Positions 7,372-15,407 of a stretch of 17,219 nt of DNA are shown here, piece after piece. A program made the position numbers and the translations under genes. Position 1 is the stretch's first letter; every line of letters starts with the position of its first letter. The notes under the pieces are model-generated. The model had not been told where the DNA came from. It was given only the letters and a program-made list of their open reading frames with translations, and made no database searches. This stretch comes from an uncultured archaeon (GTDB lineage Archaea; Asgardarchaeota; Lokiarchaeia; Sigyniarchaeales; Promethearchaeaceae). The stretch covers positions 1 through 17,219 of the forward strand of contig CAYRPF010000015.1 of assembly GCA_964426185.1 (NCBI GenBank), in the 5' to 3' direction.

Positions 7372-9159
7372 TCAATAAATATTATCTCTTTTTAATAGGT
7401 GTTTTCGCTTATTAAGAAGTGTTTTATTACCTATTTTTTGAATTAATAGAAAGGATATCAATGTTAAAAGAATTAATAAAGTGGCCATACTGGCGGGGAG
7501 TTGCATATTGCGCGTCGAAAGTAGTTTAGATATTGCAATTGAAATCGTTCCAAACTCACCCCGCGCTAGAAAATAAGTAGCGCCAAATTCACCTATGCTG
7601 ATGGCAAAACTGAATAAAGCACCCACAAAAAGACCAGGCTTAATTAGGGGAAATTCGATCTTTTTAAAAATTACCCAATTTGAAGCACCCAAAGTGGAAG
7701 CAACATGGATTAGTTCTGGGTCAATTTGTTGGTAAGCGTGAATCACCGTACGTGTGGCAAACGGAATCCCCAGTAAAATGTGAGCTCCTATAATCAAGAT
7801 CCAAGGTGATTGTAGATACAATATAGTGGATTTGTACTGTAGAAACAAGCCAAGTGCAAGTGTAATCGAAGAGGTGGCCATGGGTAAAATAATGAAAAAG
7901 GCAAAAATAGAATCTAAAGAGGAATTTTTGTATTGAGAAATGGTATGGTAGCGTCGACGATAGATCAGCAAAATTCCTAATGTAAACAATAAGGTTACCA
8001 GCATAGCAGTAAAAGCAAACAGTAAAGTGTTCCCTATCAGTCGTAAAATTGAAGCCCCTAACAAGGGATCATAATTAGAATTAAAAAGAAGGAGAAATCC
8101 CGAAAAAGGTTTGCTATTTTCATTATTGGGGGTAAATGCGGTAATAACTACTGCAATTAATGGAAGTAATTGAAAAACAACAATAATCATAAAACCAATT
8201 ACTACTAAGATAAAACCGAAAGACCTTTTTACATCATGTGCACCATACCATGGAATTTTTTTGTAAACAAATTGAGCAATGGGTCCAGAATTTTGATTTT
8301 GAGTGGATCGGTTAAGCCGCAGATATGCGAAAATTAAAAAAATATTCAAAAATAACTGCAAAAGTGCTAAAATTGCCCCTGATTGATAATCAAATGCAAC
8401 TAATATCAGTTTATAAATCCTGACTTCGAGCGTTTGAAGTTGAACGTTTCCCAAATAGAGAACAATAGCAAAACTGTTAAATGAATACAAAAAAACCAAA
8501 AGTGCTGCAGCAAGAATTGCCGATTTCATTTGAGGAAACTGAATACGCCAAAATATTCGCCAATGAGAAGCACCTAAAGAAAGAGCTACATCTTTTTGCT
8601 CTCGATTAAGTCGCTGCCAAGCGGGTATGGTGAATTGTATCACCACTGAGAGATTATAGAATACATGGGCTAAAATAATTCCAGTATAGGTTCCATATAT
8701 AGAGATAAGCCCTTGTGAGCCCCCCGAAAAATTATTCCAAAGAGTATTTATCCATCCACCATCACCATAAACGATTACAAAGCCAAGTAATACCACTATA
8801 GGAGGTAAAACAAAAGGTATTGTTAACAATTGAAGAAAGGTGGACCTACCTTTAAAATTATAATTTCCTAAAAAAATACCTATTGGAATCCCTAAAATCA
8901 AGCACAACACAGTGGTAATAATCGCTTCTAAGGCACTAAATTGAATTGCTCTTAAGTTTAAAGAATATCCAAGAACCTCTTTCCAAGAATGTGGAGTCAT
9001 TCCTGAATTATTAGCAAAAGCAAAATGAAAAACCCGACCCAAAGGTATATAAAAAAATATAATAAAAAATGCCACTAATCCCATCCCACATAGCATCGTA
9101 ATGCTAATTGGGGTTAACCACTGTCCCTTTTTGCGAGAATGGGAGTGCTTTTTATCCAT
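7372..9159 (-). CDS. thiP: ABC transporter permease with two fused TM domains (ThiP/FbpB type)
   Basis: 595 aa, about 12 TMs, two EAA-like loops (DVALSLGAS, HVASTLGAS), plus PFVLPPIV, AHVFYN, TLEVRIY and SIGEFGAT motifs. Confidence 0.9.
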   Translation of the reverse strand: MDKKHSHSRKKGQWLTPISITMLCGMGLVAFFIIFFYIPLGRVFHFAFANNSGMTPHSWKEVLGYSLNLRAIQFSALEAIITTVLCLILGIPIGIFLGNYNFKGRSTFLQLLTIPFVLPPIVVLLGFVIVYGDGGWINTLWNNFSGGSQGLISIYGTYTGIILAHVFYNLSVVIQFTIPAWQRLNREQKDVALSLGASHWRIFWRIQFPQMKSAILAAALLVFLYSFNSFAIVLYLGNVQLQTLEVRIYKLILVAFDYQSGAILALLQLFLNIFLIFAYLRLNRSTQNQNSGPIAQFVYKKIPWYGAHDVKRSFGFILVVIGFMIIVVFQLLPLIAVVITAFTPNNENSKPFSGFLLLFNSNYDPLLGASILRLIGNTLLFAFTAMLVTLLFTLGILLIYRRRYHTISQYKNSSLDSIFAFFIILPMATSSITLALGLFLQYKSTILYLQSPWILIIGAHILLGIPFATRTVIHAYQQIDPELIHVASTLGASNWVIFKKIEFPLIKPGLFVGALFSFAISIGEFGATYFLARGEFGTISIAISKLLSTRNMQLPASMATLLILLTLISFLLIQKIGNKTLLNKRKHLLKRDNIY

Positions 9160-9195
9160 GTAATAATCCTTCTGGTTACCAATTATTCTTGAAGC

Positions 9196-10440
9196 TTATT
9201 CACTGAAGAAGGTTCTTCGTCGGTGCATAAAGTAAATTAGCCCCACACTAAAACTTATGGTAATCAAAAATATCACGCCATTAGGATAACTTGAAATTAC
9301 GGGCGATTTTCCTGCCATTGTTTCTTCCCATGTTTGTTTCCAATATGCAAGATTTTCTTCAAGGAAGATGGGTGGAATTAACTCATTCAAAATATTAACA
9401 CTATTGGGATTGATACTTGCTTCAGCGAAACATGACGAGATTTGAACTTGTGTATTTGCTGGATACATCCAATTATTTTCTGGAATCTGACTTTGCAGTT
9501 CTTCTCCTAAAAACCAATCGATGAAATCTTGCCCTTGAAGTGCATGGGGTCCATTTTGAACTAAAGCAATTCCTTCAATCTGTAACCAAGCATTAGCCGA
9601 ATTATTTTCATGGGATAAAAATGCTTTCAAATCGTCTCCCCAACCTTGACACACAGTATAGGCAGGACTAGTTCCATAAGAGACCATGATTGGTCGGTTT
9701 TCATTAGCATCATAATAAATATCGAATGCTGCACCCCAACTAGGCGCAACACGGAGATCTGGTGCTGCCGCTTGCCACCAATCACGCCAATCTTCTCCAA
9801 GAATCCCGGTAAAATTTAAGCTGGGATCACCAAACACAGCAATAGTCCATAAAAGAAAGCCCAATCCAGGAGAACTTAATGTAGGATCTTCCACAACTAA
9901 ATTCTTGATTAAATCTAAACGGATCAAATCATTTAAGGTTAGATTTGTTAGAGATGGTACAGTGGAGGTGTTTATTCGAAGTGAATCGTAGTTAAAAGCA
10001 ATAATACCGTAATCATAGGGTAGTAAATAATGCTCGGGATCCAAATTGTCAATTAATGAAGCTGAAATGTTTTCTAAGACAGGTGACGAATATGGAGTTA
10101 ACAATCCGTGTTGTTTTGCTTCAAATACAAGGCTGTTATCTAATCCAATCACCACATCAGCAACAGGATTATCTTTTTCCCCAAGTAACCTGGTAATTAA
10201 ACTATTAGCATCTTCAAGAGCCACAACTTTGATGTGATCAGCTGGAATACCAGAATAATTAGAATATCCTTCCACAAAATTATAACCAGGATCAGCTAAT
10301 AACGACTCATAAGTGTAAATCATTAATTCAATATCGGTGGCAGCTGAAGCAATTATTACTTGTGTCGATGCACCAACTATGATGCTTGAAAAAACCAAAA
10401 CTGTAAGTATTGCATTTGTTCTTCGAGATATGAAACTCAT
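9196..10440 (-). CDS. thiB: Thiamine ABC transporter substrate-binding protein (TbpA/ThiB) with C-terminal membrane anchor
   Basis: ThiB motifs IYTYES, ADVVIGLDN, PYDYG, DPTLSSPGLGFLLWT, VSYGTSPAY, QIEG and NWMYP. ATG at 10440 (MSFISRR... signal peptide) is preferred over the track start at 10503. Confidence 0.92.
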   Translation of the reverse strand: MSFISRRTNAILTVLVFSSIIVGASTQVIIASAATDIELMIYTYESLLADPGYNFVEGYSNYSGIPADHIKVVALEDANSLITRLLGEKDNPVADVVIGLDNSLVFEAKQHGLLTPYSSPVLENISASLIDNLDPEHYLLPYDYGIIAFNYDSLRINTSTVPSLTNLTLNDLIRLDLIKNLVVEDPTLSSPGLGFLLWTIAVFGDPSLNFTGILGEDWRDWWQAAAPDLRVAPSWGAAFDIYYDANENRPIMVSYGTSPAYTVCQGWGDDLKAFLSHENNSANAWLQIEGIALVQNGPHALQGQDFIDWFLGEELQSQIPENNWMYPANTQVQISSCFAEASINPNSVNILNELIPPIFLEENLAYWKQTWEETMAGKSPVISSYPNGVIFLITISFSVGLIYFMHRRRTFFSE

Positions 10441-10567
10441 TTTTCTCAAGTTGATTTGAGAAAGAAAAATATAAAAACTTTTTACATTTTTTACTATTAC
10501 CATGAAAATTCAATTTGAAGAATTTTTCAACTAAGAACTTTTATTTTTGCGGGAATAACTAAAAAAT

Positions 10568-11284
10568 ATGACTCCCTCAACTTCAAAAAAAAAAATTGCC
10601 CTTCTAGTTGCAGGTAGTCCAGAATTTGATAAAAAAATCATAGAGCATTTACCCTTGTCTTTTACGAAAAAAACGTTTACTATTGCAATCGATAAAGGAT
10701 TGGAATTTCTCGATGAAAATCAGATTGTTCCCGACCTGATTTTGGGAGATTTCGATTCTGTTAATCCAGATCTCCTAAAAAAATATGAAAAAACCAATAC
10801 TCTTTCATATTCTTCCCATAAAGATCAATCCGATACAGAAATTGCTGTGAATTATGCTCTAAACCATAATTATAACCAAATCTTCATTATAAATGCGATT
10901 GGAGGGCGCTTAGATCATGATCTTTTCAATCGTTTGATTCTATTAAAAGCACCTGGAAAAATTTGGTTGGTTAGTTCCAAAGGATGCATGTCGGCATTAT
11001 TACCCCAAACTCAATACAGTTTTCCTTTAAAAACTTCTACCGTTTTTTCTCTCATCCCATTAACCAAATGTAAAGGTGTAACTATTACAGGATGTGAATA
11101 TCCGTTAATTAATCAAGAAATAAACCCTTCAACCTTAACTCTCAGCAATATTAGTGTTACTTCGCTCTCCGTTATATTCACAGAAGGTAGTCTTTTATTT
11201 TTTGTTGAAAAAACAGAAGGTAGTTTTTCATTTTTGTTGAAAAATCCCGCTAATTATCAGCCTCCACAACCTTTAAACACTTAA
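10568..11284 (+). CDS. thiN: Thiamine pyrophosphokinase (TPK; Bacillus ThiN / eukaryotic Thi80 type, not the archaeal ThiN thiamine-phosphate synthase)
   Basis: Motifs AIDKG, PDLILGDFDS, KDQSDTEIA, GGRLDH, FSLIPL, GCEYPL and LSN; divergent from thiBPQ. Confidence 0.92.
   Translation: MTPSTSKKKIALLVAGSPEFDKKIIEHLPLSFTKKTFTIAIDKGLEFLDENQIVPDLILGDFDSVNPDLLKKYEKTNTLSYSSHKDQSDTEIAVNYALNHNYNQIFIINAIGGRLDHDLFNRLILLKAPGKIWLVSSKGCMSALLPQTQYSFPLKTSTVFSLIPLTKCKGVTITGCEYPLINQEINPSTLTLSNISVTSLSVIFTEGSLLFFVEKTEGSFSFLLKNPANYQPPQPLNT
11180..11244 (+). repeat. Imperfect tandem duplication (33 + 32 bp) at the 3' end of the TPK gene
   Basis: ACAGAAGGTAGTCTTTTATTTTTTGTTGAAAAA followed directly by ACAGAAGGTAGTTTTTCATTTTTGTTGAAAAA. 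Confidence 0.9.
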
Positions 11285-11345
11285 ATTGGTTAAAGAACGT
11301 ATAGTAAATGTTTATTAAGAAACAACTCCATTTAGAGGGAAAATA

Positions 11346-11774
11346 ATGACCCTAAATCAAGAACAATCGGAAAAAAATATTGCAAAAAAAGAAATTGAAA
11401 GCGAAAATTTAGAAAAAGTGCCTGTTAAAGTATACATCAAAGCAAAAAGCAAGAAAATTAAATTGAAAGCCAAAGAAAATGCCAAAATTCTCAAGGAAAA
11501 GTCTAAGGAATTATCAAAAAATATAATAATTCAGGCAAAAATAGTTGGCCAAAAAATTCATAAAATTTCGCAAGATACTCAACGAAAAATCCATGAAAAG
11601 CAAGAAGAATGGCGGGAACAGAATCGTCAAAAGTCTCGGGAAAACGAAATAAACTCAGACCACGAAATAAATCAAAAGGATATTAGGAGTGACCCTCCGA
11701 AATTTTGTCCATTTTGCGGCCAACAAGTATCCCCTGGTGGAAAATTCTGCCCCAACTGTGGCAATTCCTACTAA
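11346..11774 (+). CDS. Lys/Glu-rich helical protein with C-terminal zinc ribbon
   Basis: C-terminal KFCPFCGQQVSPGGKFCPNCG (CxxC-x10-CxxC); GAGGG SD. Confidence 0.8.
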   Translation: MTLNQEQSEKNIAKKEIESENLEKVPVKVYIKAKSKKIKLKAKENAKILKEKSKELSKNIIIQAKIVGQKIHKISQDTQRKIHEKQEEWREQNRQKSRENEINSDHEINQKDIRSDPPKFCPFCGQQVSPGGKFCPNCGNSY

Positions 11775-11831
11775 ATAAATGAGATTTATTCGAATTTTAT
11801 TTTGAAATTTTGATTTATGCTAAATACATCA

Positions 11832-12335
11832 TTACAAATTGGCTTTTGGAAGAATATTTAAATTTTCAAATAATTTTCGCACAGTGGGTGTGAGATCATA
11901 ACCACTAAGTTCATCGATTGGAACAAATCGAGCTTCTTCTGCATCAGATTGCGGACTTAACTTCGAAAATATATCTGAATCGGAATTTTCGATTATTTTC
12001 ATCCAATAATCACATAAAACATAATGATATTCCACTTTTCCATTTTCATCTATATCAATCTTATCAATAACTGAAGCTAAGCCACCCACTTCCAATTTTA
12101 AGTTAGTTTCTTCCTCACATTCTCTTAATGCACCATCTGCAGCGCGTTCACCTAACTTCAGATGTCCCCCAGGTATTGCCCATTTTCCTTTATTTGGATT
12201 AAACTTTCTTTTTACGAGGACAATATAGTGGTTCCACCGGATAATTCCGCCAACTCCTACGTGGGGTCTAACTGGATAATGCCGTAAATCGTGCATCAGT
12301 TTCTGTTGGGGAGTAAAAGTATTTGTATTAACCAT
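11832..12335 (-). CDS. Nudix hydrolase (ADP-ribose pyrophosphatase/MutT-like)
   Basis: Nudix box GGHLKLGERAADGALRECEEETNL, with YPVRPHVGVGG and YHYVLCDY. The start at 12335 (or 12296) is more plausible than 12425, which would leave almost no room for the divergent ridA promoter. Confidence 0.88.
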   Translation of the reverse strand: MVNTNTFTPQQKLMHDLRHYPVRPHVGVGGIIRWNHYIVLVKRKFNPNKGKWAIPGGHLKLGERAADGALRECEEETNLKLEVGGLASVIDKIDIDENGKVEYHYVLCDYWMKIIENSDSDIFSKLSPQSDAEEARFVPIDELSGYDLTPTVRKLFENLNILPKANL

Positions 12336-12442
12336 AATATTAATTATATGGTAAAATAAAAATAGAATTTTGCCAAATTTTAAATCGCGTTGGAAATACA
12401 TCATATTAGATATTGAGAAATTCATTTAGAAGATGAGAAAAT

Positions 12443-12838
12443 ATGGTAAAAGAAATCATAAATGCACCCAATGCTCCCGCAGCAGTTGGTCCTTATTCGC
12501 ATGCGGTGAAAATCAATAACACACTTTTTCTTTCAGGTCAAATTCCGATAAATAAAGAAACCGGAACCATCCCTGAAGGAATTGAAGCTCAAACACGTCA
12601 AGTATTTGCCAACATTTGCGCCGTTTTAGAAGCCACGAATTTTACCTTAGCGGATGTTGTGCTGTGTGAAGTGTTTTTAAAGGATATGAATGATTTTGGA
12701 GTAATGAATGAAATATACGCAGAAAATTTCGATCCTTTCTGCAAAGATACAGGTTATCCGGCACGTGCTGCGGTTGAAGTGGCCCGATTACCAAAGAATT
12801 GTCTAATTGAAATTAAAGTTACCGCTATAAAAGAATAA
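12443..12838 (+). CDS. ridA: RidA/YjgF/UK114 reactive enamine deaminase
   Basis: [24 protein letters not shown], and [12 protein letters not shown]...IEI including the catalytic Arg. Confidence 0.95.
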   Translation: MVKEIINAPNAPAAVGPYSHAVKINNTLFLSGQIPINKETGTIPEGIEAQTRQVFANICAVLEATNFTLADVVLCEVFLKDMNDFGVMNEIYAENFDPFCKDTGYPARAAVEVARLPKNCLIEIKVTAIKE

Positions 12839-12853
12839 TGTGTGATTAGTTTT

Positions 12854-13846
12854 TTAATCTACAAAAAAAAGCTGTAAAAAGAGCTTGTTGAGTTCCAAAT
12901 TTTTTAGAATATCCCATTTTCGCAATAAATATGGCATGATTTCTTTTTTAATGATAGAAAGATAAACACGTTCACCCAATTCGCGTTGAAGAACATTTTG
13001 AAAATGTCGTAAAACTAAATAAAAGAGTGGAATAAGAACGTCTTGATCCAGTCCGACGGGATTAAGCCCAAAGATATTCGTAGCCGGAGCTTCATTAAAA
13101 ATTATTTCGTCAGTAACTAAATCGATAAAGGGAATAAAAATTTCAATTACGCGATAAGTATCATCCAGATTTTGCCTTTGATACCATAAATTCAACTTAT
13201 CCTTATACCGGTTCAGTCTTTCCAACACAATGTGTCGTTTCAATCCAGAAAAATTTCCATTTATAATATTAATGAAAATGCAAAAGATTTGTTGAAATAT
13301 TCCCATTAAATCAAAAAGCATGCCAACATTCATGATTTGGTCTGCTTCTGTCCATTGACGGTAAAGTGTCTCCAAAATCTCGGAAAATTGGCGAAATTTA
13401 CTAATATCATAATCCCAATTTCTCCAGAACTCATTATTAATTTGAAATTTTTGCATAAACATATCATGGATGACTTTCAATCGCGCTTTAATCAAAGAAG
13501 CCCTGGTTAATTTTTCAGCAACCGCAACTAGCATCAAATTAGAGGATTTATTACTTAAATAAACCCATCGTAACCCACCCATTTCAATGGATTCAATCCC
13601 AGTATCCCCCAGTTCAGCTTCTGAAAAGCTGTTTAAAGCTGAAAGTAAACCTGATAAAAGCATTCCATCTAGCACTTGTTCATCAGCTCTCGCATGGAAG
13701 AAGAGAGATTTTGAGGATTCTTTCTCAATCACCCAAAGATATTTAATTTCATTCGAGATGAAATTTGGTATATGTGATGATTGTGAGGTGGAATTATGAG
13801 AATTTCTATAAATTTTGGAGGAATTCTCTGATTTACTATGGAACAT
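12854..13846 (-). CDS. Longin-like domain protein (Asgard type) with helical C-terminal region
   Basis: N-terminal beta-beta-alpha-beta-beta-beta-alpha pattern: IKYLWVIEK-SSKSLFFH...LLSGLLSALNSFS...IESIEMGGLRWVYL...LMLVAVAE...LKVIHDMFMQKF. Confidence 0.65.
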   Translation of the reverse strand: MFHSKSENSSKIYRNSHNSTSQSSHIPNFISNEIKYLWVIEKESSKSLFFHARADEQVLDGMLLSGLLSALNSFSEAELGDTGIESIEMGGLRWVYLSNKSSNLMLVAVAEKLTRASLIKARLKVIHDMFMQKFQINNEFWRNWDYDISKFRQFSEILETLYRQWTEADQIMNVGMLFDLMGIFQQIFCIFINIINGNFSGLKRHIVLERLNRYKDKLNLWYQRQNLDDTYRVIEIFIPFIDLVTDEIIFNEAPATNIFGLNPVGLDQDVLIPLFYLVLRHFQNVLQRELGERVYLSIIKKEIMPYLLRKWDILKNLELNKLFLQLFFVD

Positions 13847-13944
13847 CCTATTAATATCACCACAACCCGATTAATAAAATATACTTTTGGCAATATTTTA
13901 GAAAACTTTCTAAGTTAAAAAGGTGCGAATTTATAGAACACTAA

Positions 13945-13965
13945 AATATTCGATATTCGAATATT
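13945..13965. promoter_or_regulatory. Palindromic operator 1 (probable PadR-family site)
   Basis: Perfect 9-3-9 inverted repeat AATATTCGA-TAT-TCGAATATT. Confidence 0.7.
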
Positions 13966-13984
13966 ATTAATCGATTACAAAACA

Positions 13985-13992
13985 TTTATATA
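13985..13992 (+). promoter_or_regulatory. Archaeal TATA box for the padR-hsp20 operon
   Basis: TTTATATA preceded by an A-rich BRE-like CAAAACA; lies between the two operators. Confidence 0.6.
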
Positions 13993-14014
13993 TTTTAATA
14001 TTCTATTATCAATT

Positions 14015-14041
14015 ATGATTATTCGAAATTCGAGTAATCAT
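14015..14041. promoter_or_regulatory. Palindromic operator 2 (probable PadR-family site)
   Basis: 12-3-12 inverted repeat with one mismatch, ATGATTATTCGA-AAT-TCGAGTAATCAT. Same core as operator 1, located at the expected transcription start. Confidence 0.72.
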
Positions 14042-14054
14042 CTCTCTTCATGCT

Positions 14055-14642
14055 GTGAAAACTATGATATCCCAACCAGAAAACCACCATTTGATCATCT
14101 TGGCCTTAATCAACAACCATCCGGAAGGAATGACTGGATATTCTATCGTAAAAGAAATTAACGCAAAATTTGCTCCCGTTTGGACCCCTGGACCTGGAAC
14201 CATATATCCGAAGCTGAAACAATTACTCGACCAAGGCGCACTCGCTAAAGAAGGTTCTAAATATCGTATAACTCAAACAGGAAGAGAATTCATCGCCCAA
14301 CACATCCCAGAAGCACTCAATCTCAGCATGAATTTTTTACCAGCGTTTTTTAAGGTTCTAATACACCCAATTAATCAACAGATACCATTCGACATCCATA
14401 TTTTTAAGAACCCATGCTTTTTTGGAGTATCTCAATTCAAGCAGCTTCCTACACAATGGAACGTCGAAGAATTAGAACGCCTGCAACAAATGTTGAAACG
14501 TGAAAAACAACGAGCCACCCAATGGGTGCAAGAATATGTCAAACAAATCGATGAAGACATCCAAGTGATTGAAGAAAAAGTAAATGAAATGAAAGAAAAA
14601 GCAAAAATCATTCCAGTTAAAGTAGTATGGGAGCAAGAATAA
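14055..14642 (+). CDS. PadR-family winged-helix regulator with C-terminal coiled coil
   Basis: IILALI...MTGYSIVKEI...WTPGPGTIYPKLKQLLDQG...YRITQTGRE. The start may be ATG at 14064. Confidence 0.9.
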   Translation: MKTMISQPENHHLIILALINNHPEGMTGYSIVKEINAKFAPVWTPGPGTIYPKLKQLLDQGALAKEGSKYRITQTGREFIAQHIPEALNLSMNFLPAFFKVLIHPINQQIPFDIHIFKNPCFFGVSQFKQLPTQWNVEELERLQQMLKREKQRATQWVQEYVKQIDEDIQVIEEKVNEMKEKAKIIPVKVVWEQE

Positions 14643-14665
14643 AAAACACCAATGAGGAAAACATC

Positions 14666-15115
14666 ATGAAGCCACATGACCCCAAATTTATAGAATTTTT
14701 TAATCTGCCCCCATTTAATAACTATTTCTCACCGAAAGATAAAGATTTGCTTTTACAGAACTTTCGTGTCCTAATGAATTTCATTCCTTTAAATAAATTG
14801 GAAAATTTCATGCCATATGATCTCACGGAAACTCCGACAAAGTACATAGTGGATATTCCCCTTCCAGGATTGGCTCCAGAAGATATTAACATCGCGCTTT
14901 CTGCAGACAATCGAATACACATTGAAGCAGATCTTAGGAAAACACCAATAAGTTCCAAGAATCATAAGCAGCATTGTCAAGTAGAATGGAGTAAATTATT
15001 CTGGCAACGACCAATTCATGTGGAGATTCCCATTGAAAATCCGGTCGATCCGAATTTAGTGAAAGCTAAATTAGAGCGAGGGATTTTGCACGTAGAATTT
15101 TCCAAAATCAAATAA
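14666..15115 (+). CDS. Small heat-shock protein (Hsp20/alpha-crystallin), paralogue 1
   Basis: PYDLTETPTKYIVDIPLPGLAPEDINI...VDPNLVKAKLERGILHVEFSK. A GAGG SD favours ATG at 14666 over the track start at 14627. Confidence 0.88.
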   Translation: MKPHDPKFIEFFNLPPFNNYFSPKDKDLLLQNFRVLMNFIPLNKLENFMPYDLTETPTKYIVDIPLPGLAPEDINIALSADNRIHIEADLRKTPISSKNHKQHCQVEWSKLFWQRPIHVEIPIENPVDPNLVKAKLERGILHVEFSKIK

Positions 15116-15142
15116 TTCTTCAATCACCTTTTTTAGCTAGAA

Positions 15143-15385
15143 GTGTTGAATATGAGCCAATCTACCAGTGAACTTCAAAATTCCTTTTGGAAGCCAATAT
15201 TTTCACAAGAAATCATCCTTCCAGAGGATCAGTTAAAGACATACATTGTACATCCCAAACAATCGAATCCCATGAAGCAACAGATAGCTAGAACTGGAAA
15301 GGTAGATTCAGTTGATCTCAATTACTTCGATCCCGAACAAACAGTACTTGAATCAGTGAAAAAACGCTTTCCTTTTTTTTATTAA
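15143..15385 (+). CDS. Small hypothetical protein within the hsp20 operon
   Basis: 77-80 aa ORF that fills the gap between the two hsp20 genes on the same strand with short spacers; likely ATG at 15152. Confidence 0.65.
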   Translation: MLNMSQSTSELQNSFWKPIFSQEIILPEDQLKTYIVHPKQSNPMKQQIARTGKVDSVDLNYFDPEQTVLESVKKRFPFFY

Positions 15386-15407
15386 ATCTAAAGAGGACAA
15401 CACAACT

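Noticed and set aside
10046-10513. Short ORFs 10046-10237 and 10328-10513
   Set aside because: Antisense or out-of-frame overlaps with thiB.
10441-10567. TPP riboswitch upstream of thiB
   Set aside because: No CUGAGA or other conserved aptamer elements; the region is too AT-rich.
13945-14041. Eukaryotic heat-shock element (nGAAn arrays) or CIRCE
   Set aside because: GAA/TTC spacing is 0-1 nt rather than 2, and there is no TTAGCACTC-N9 repeat.
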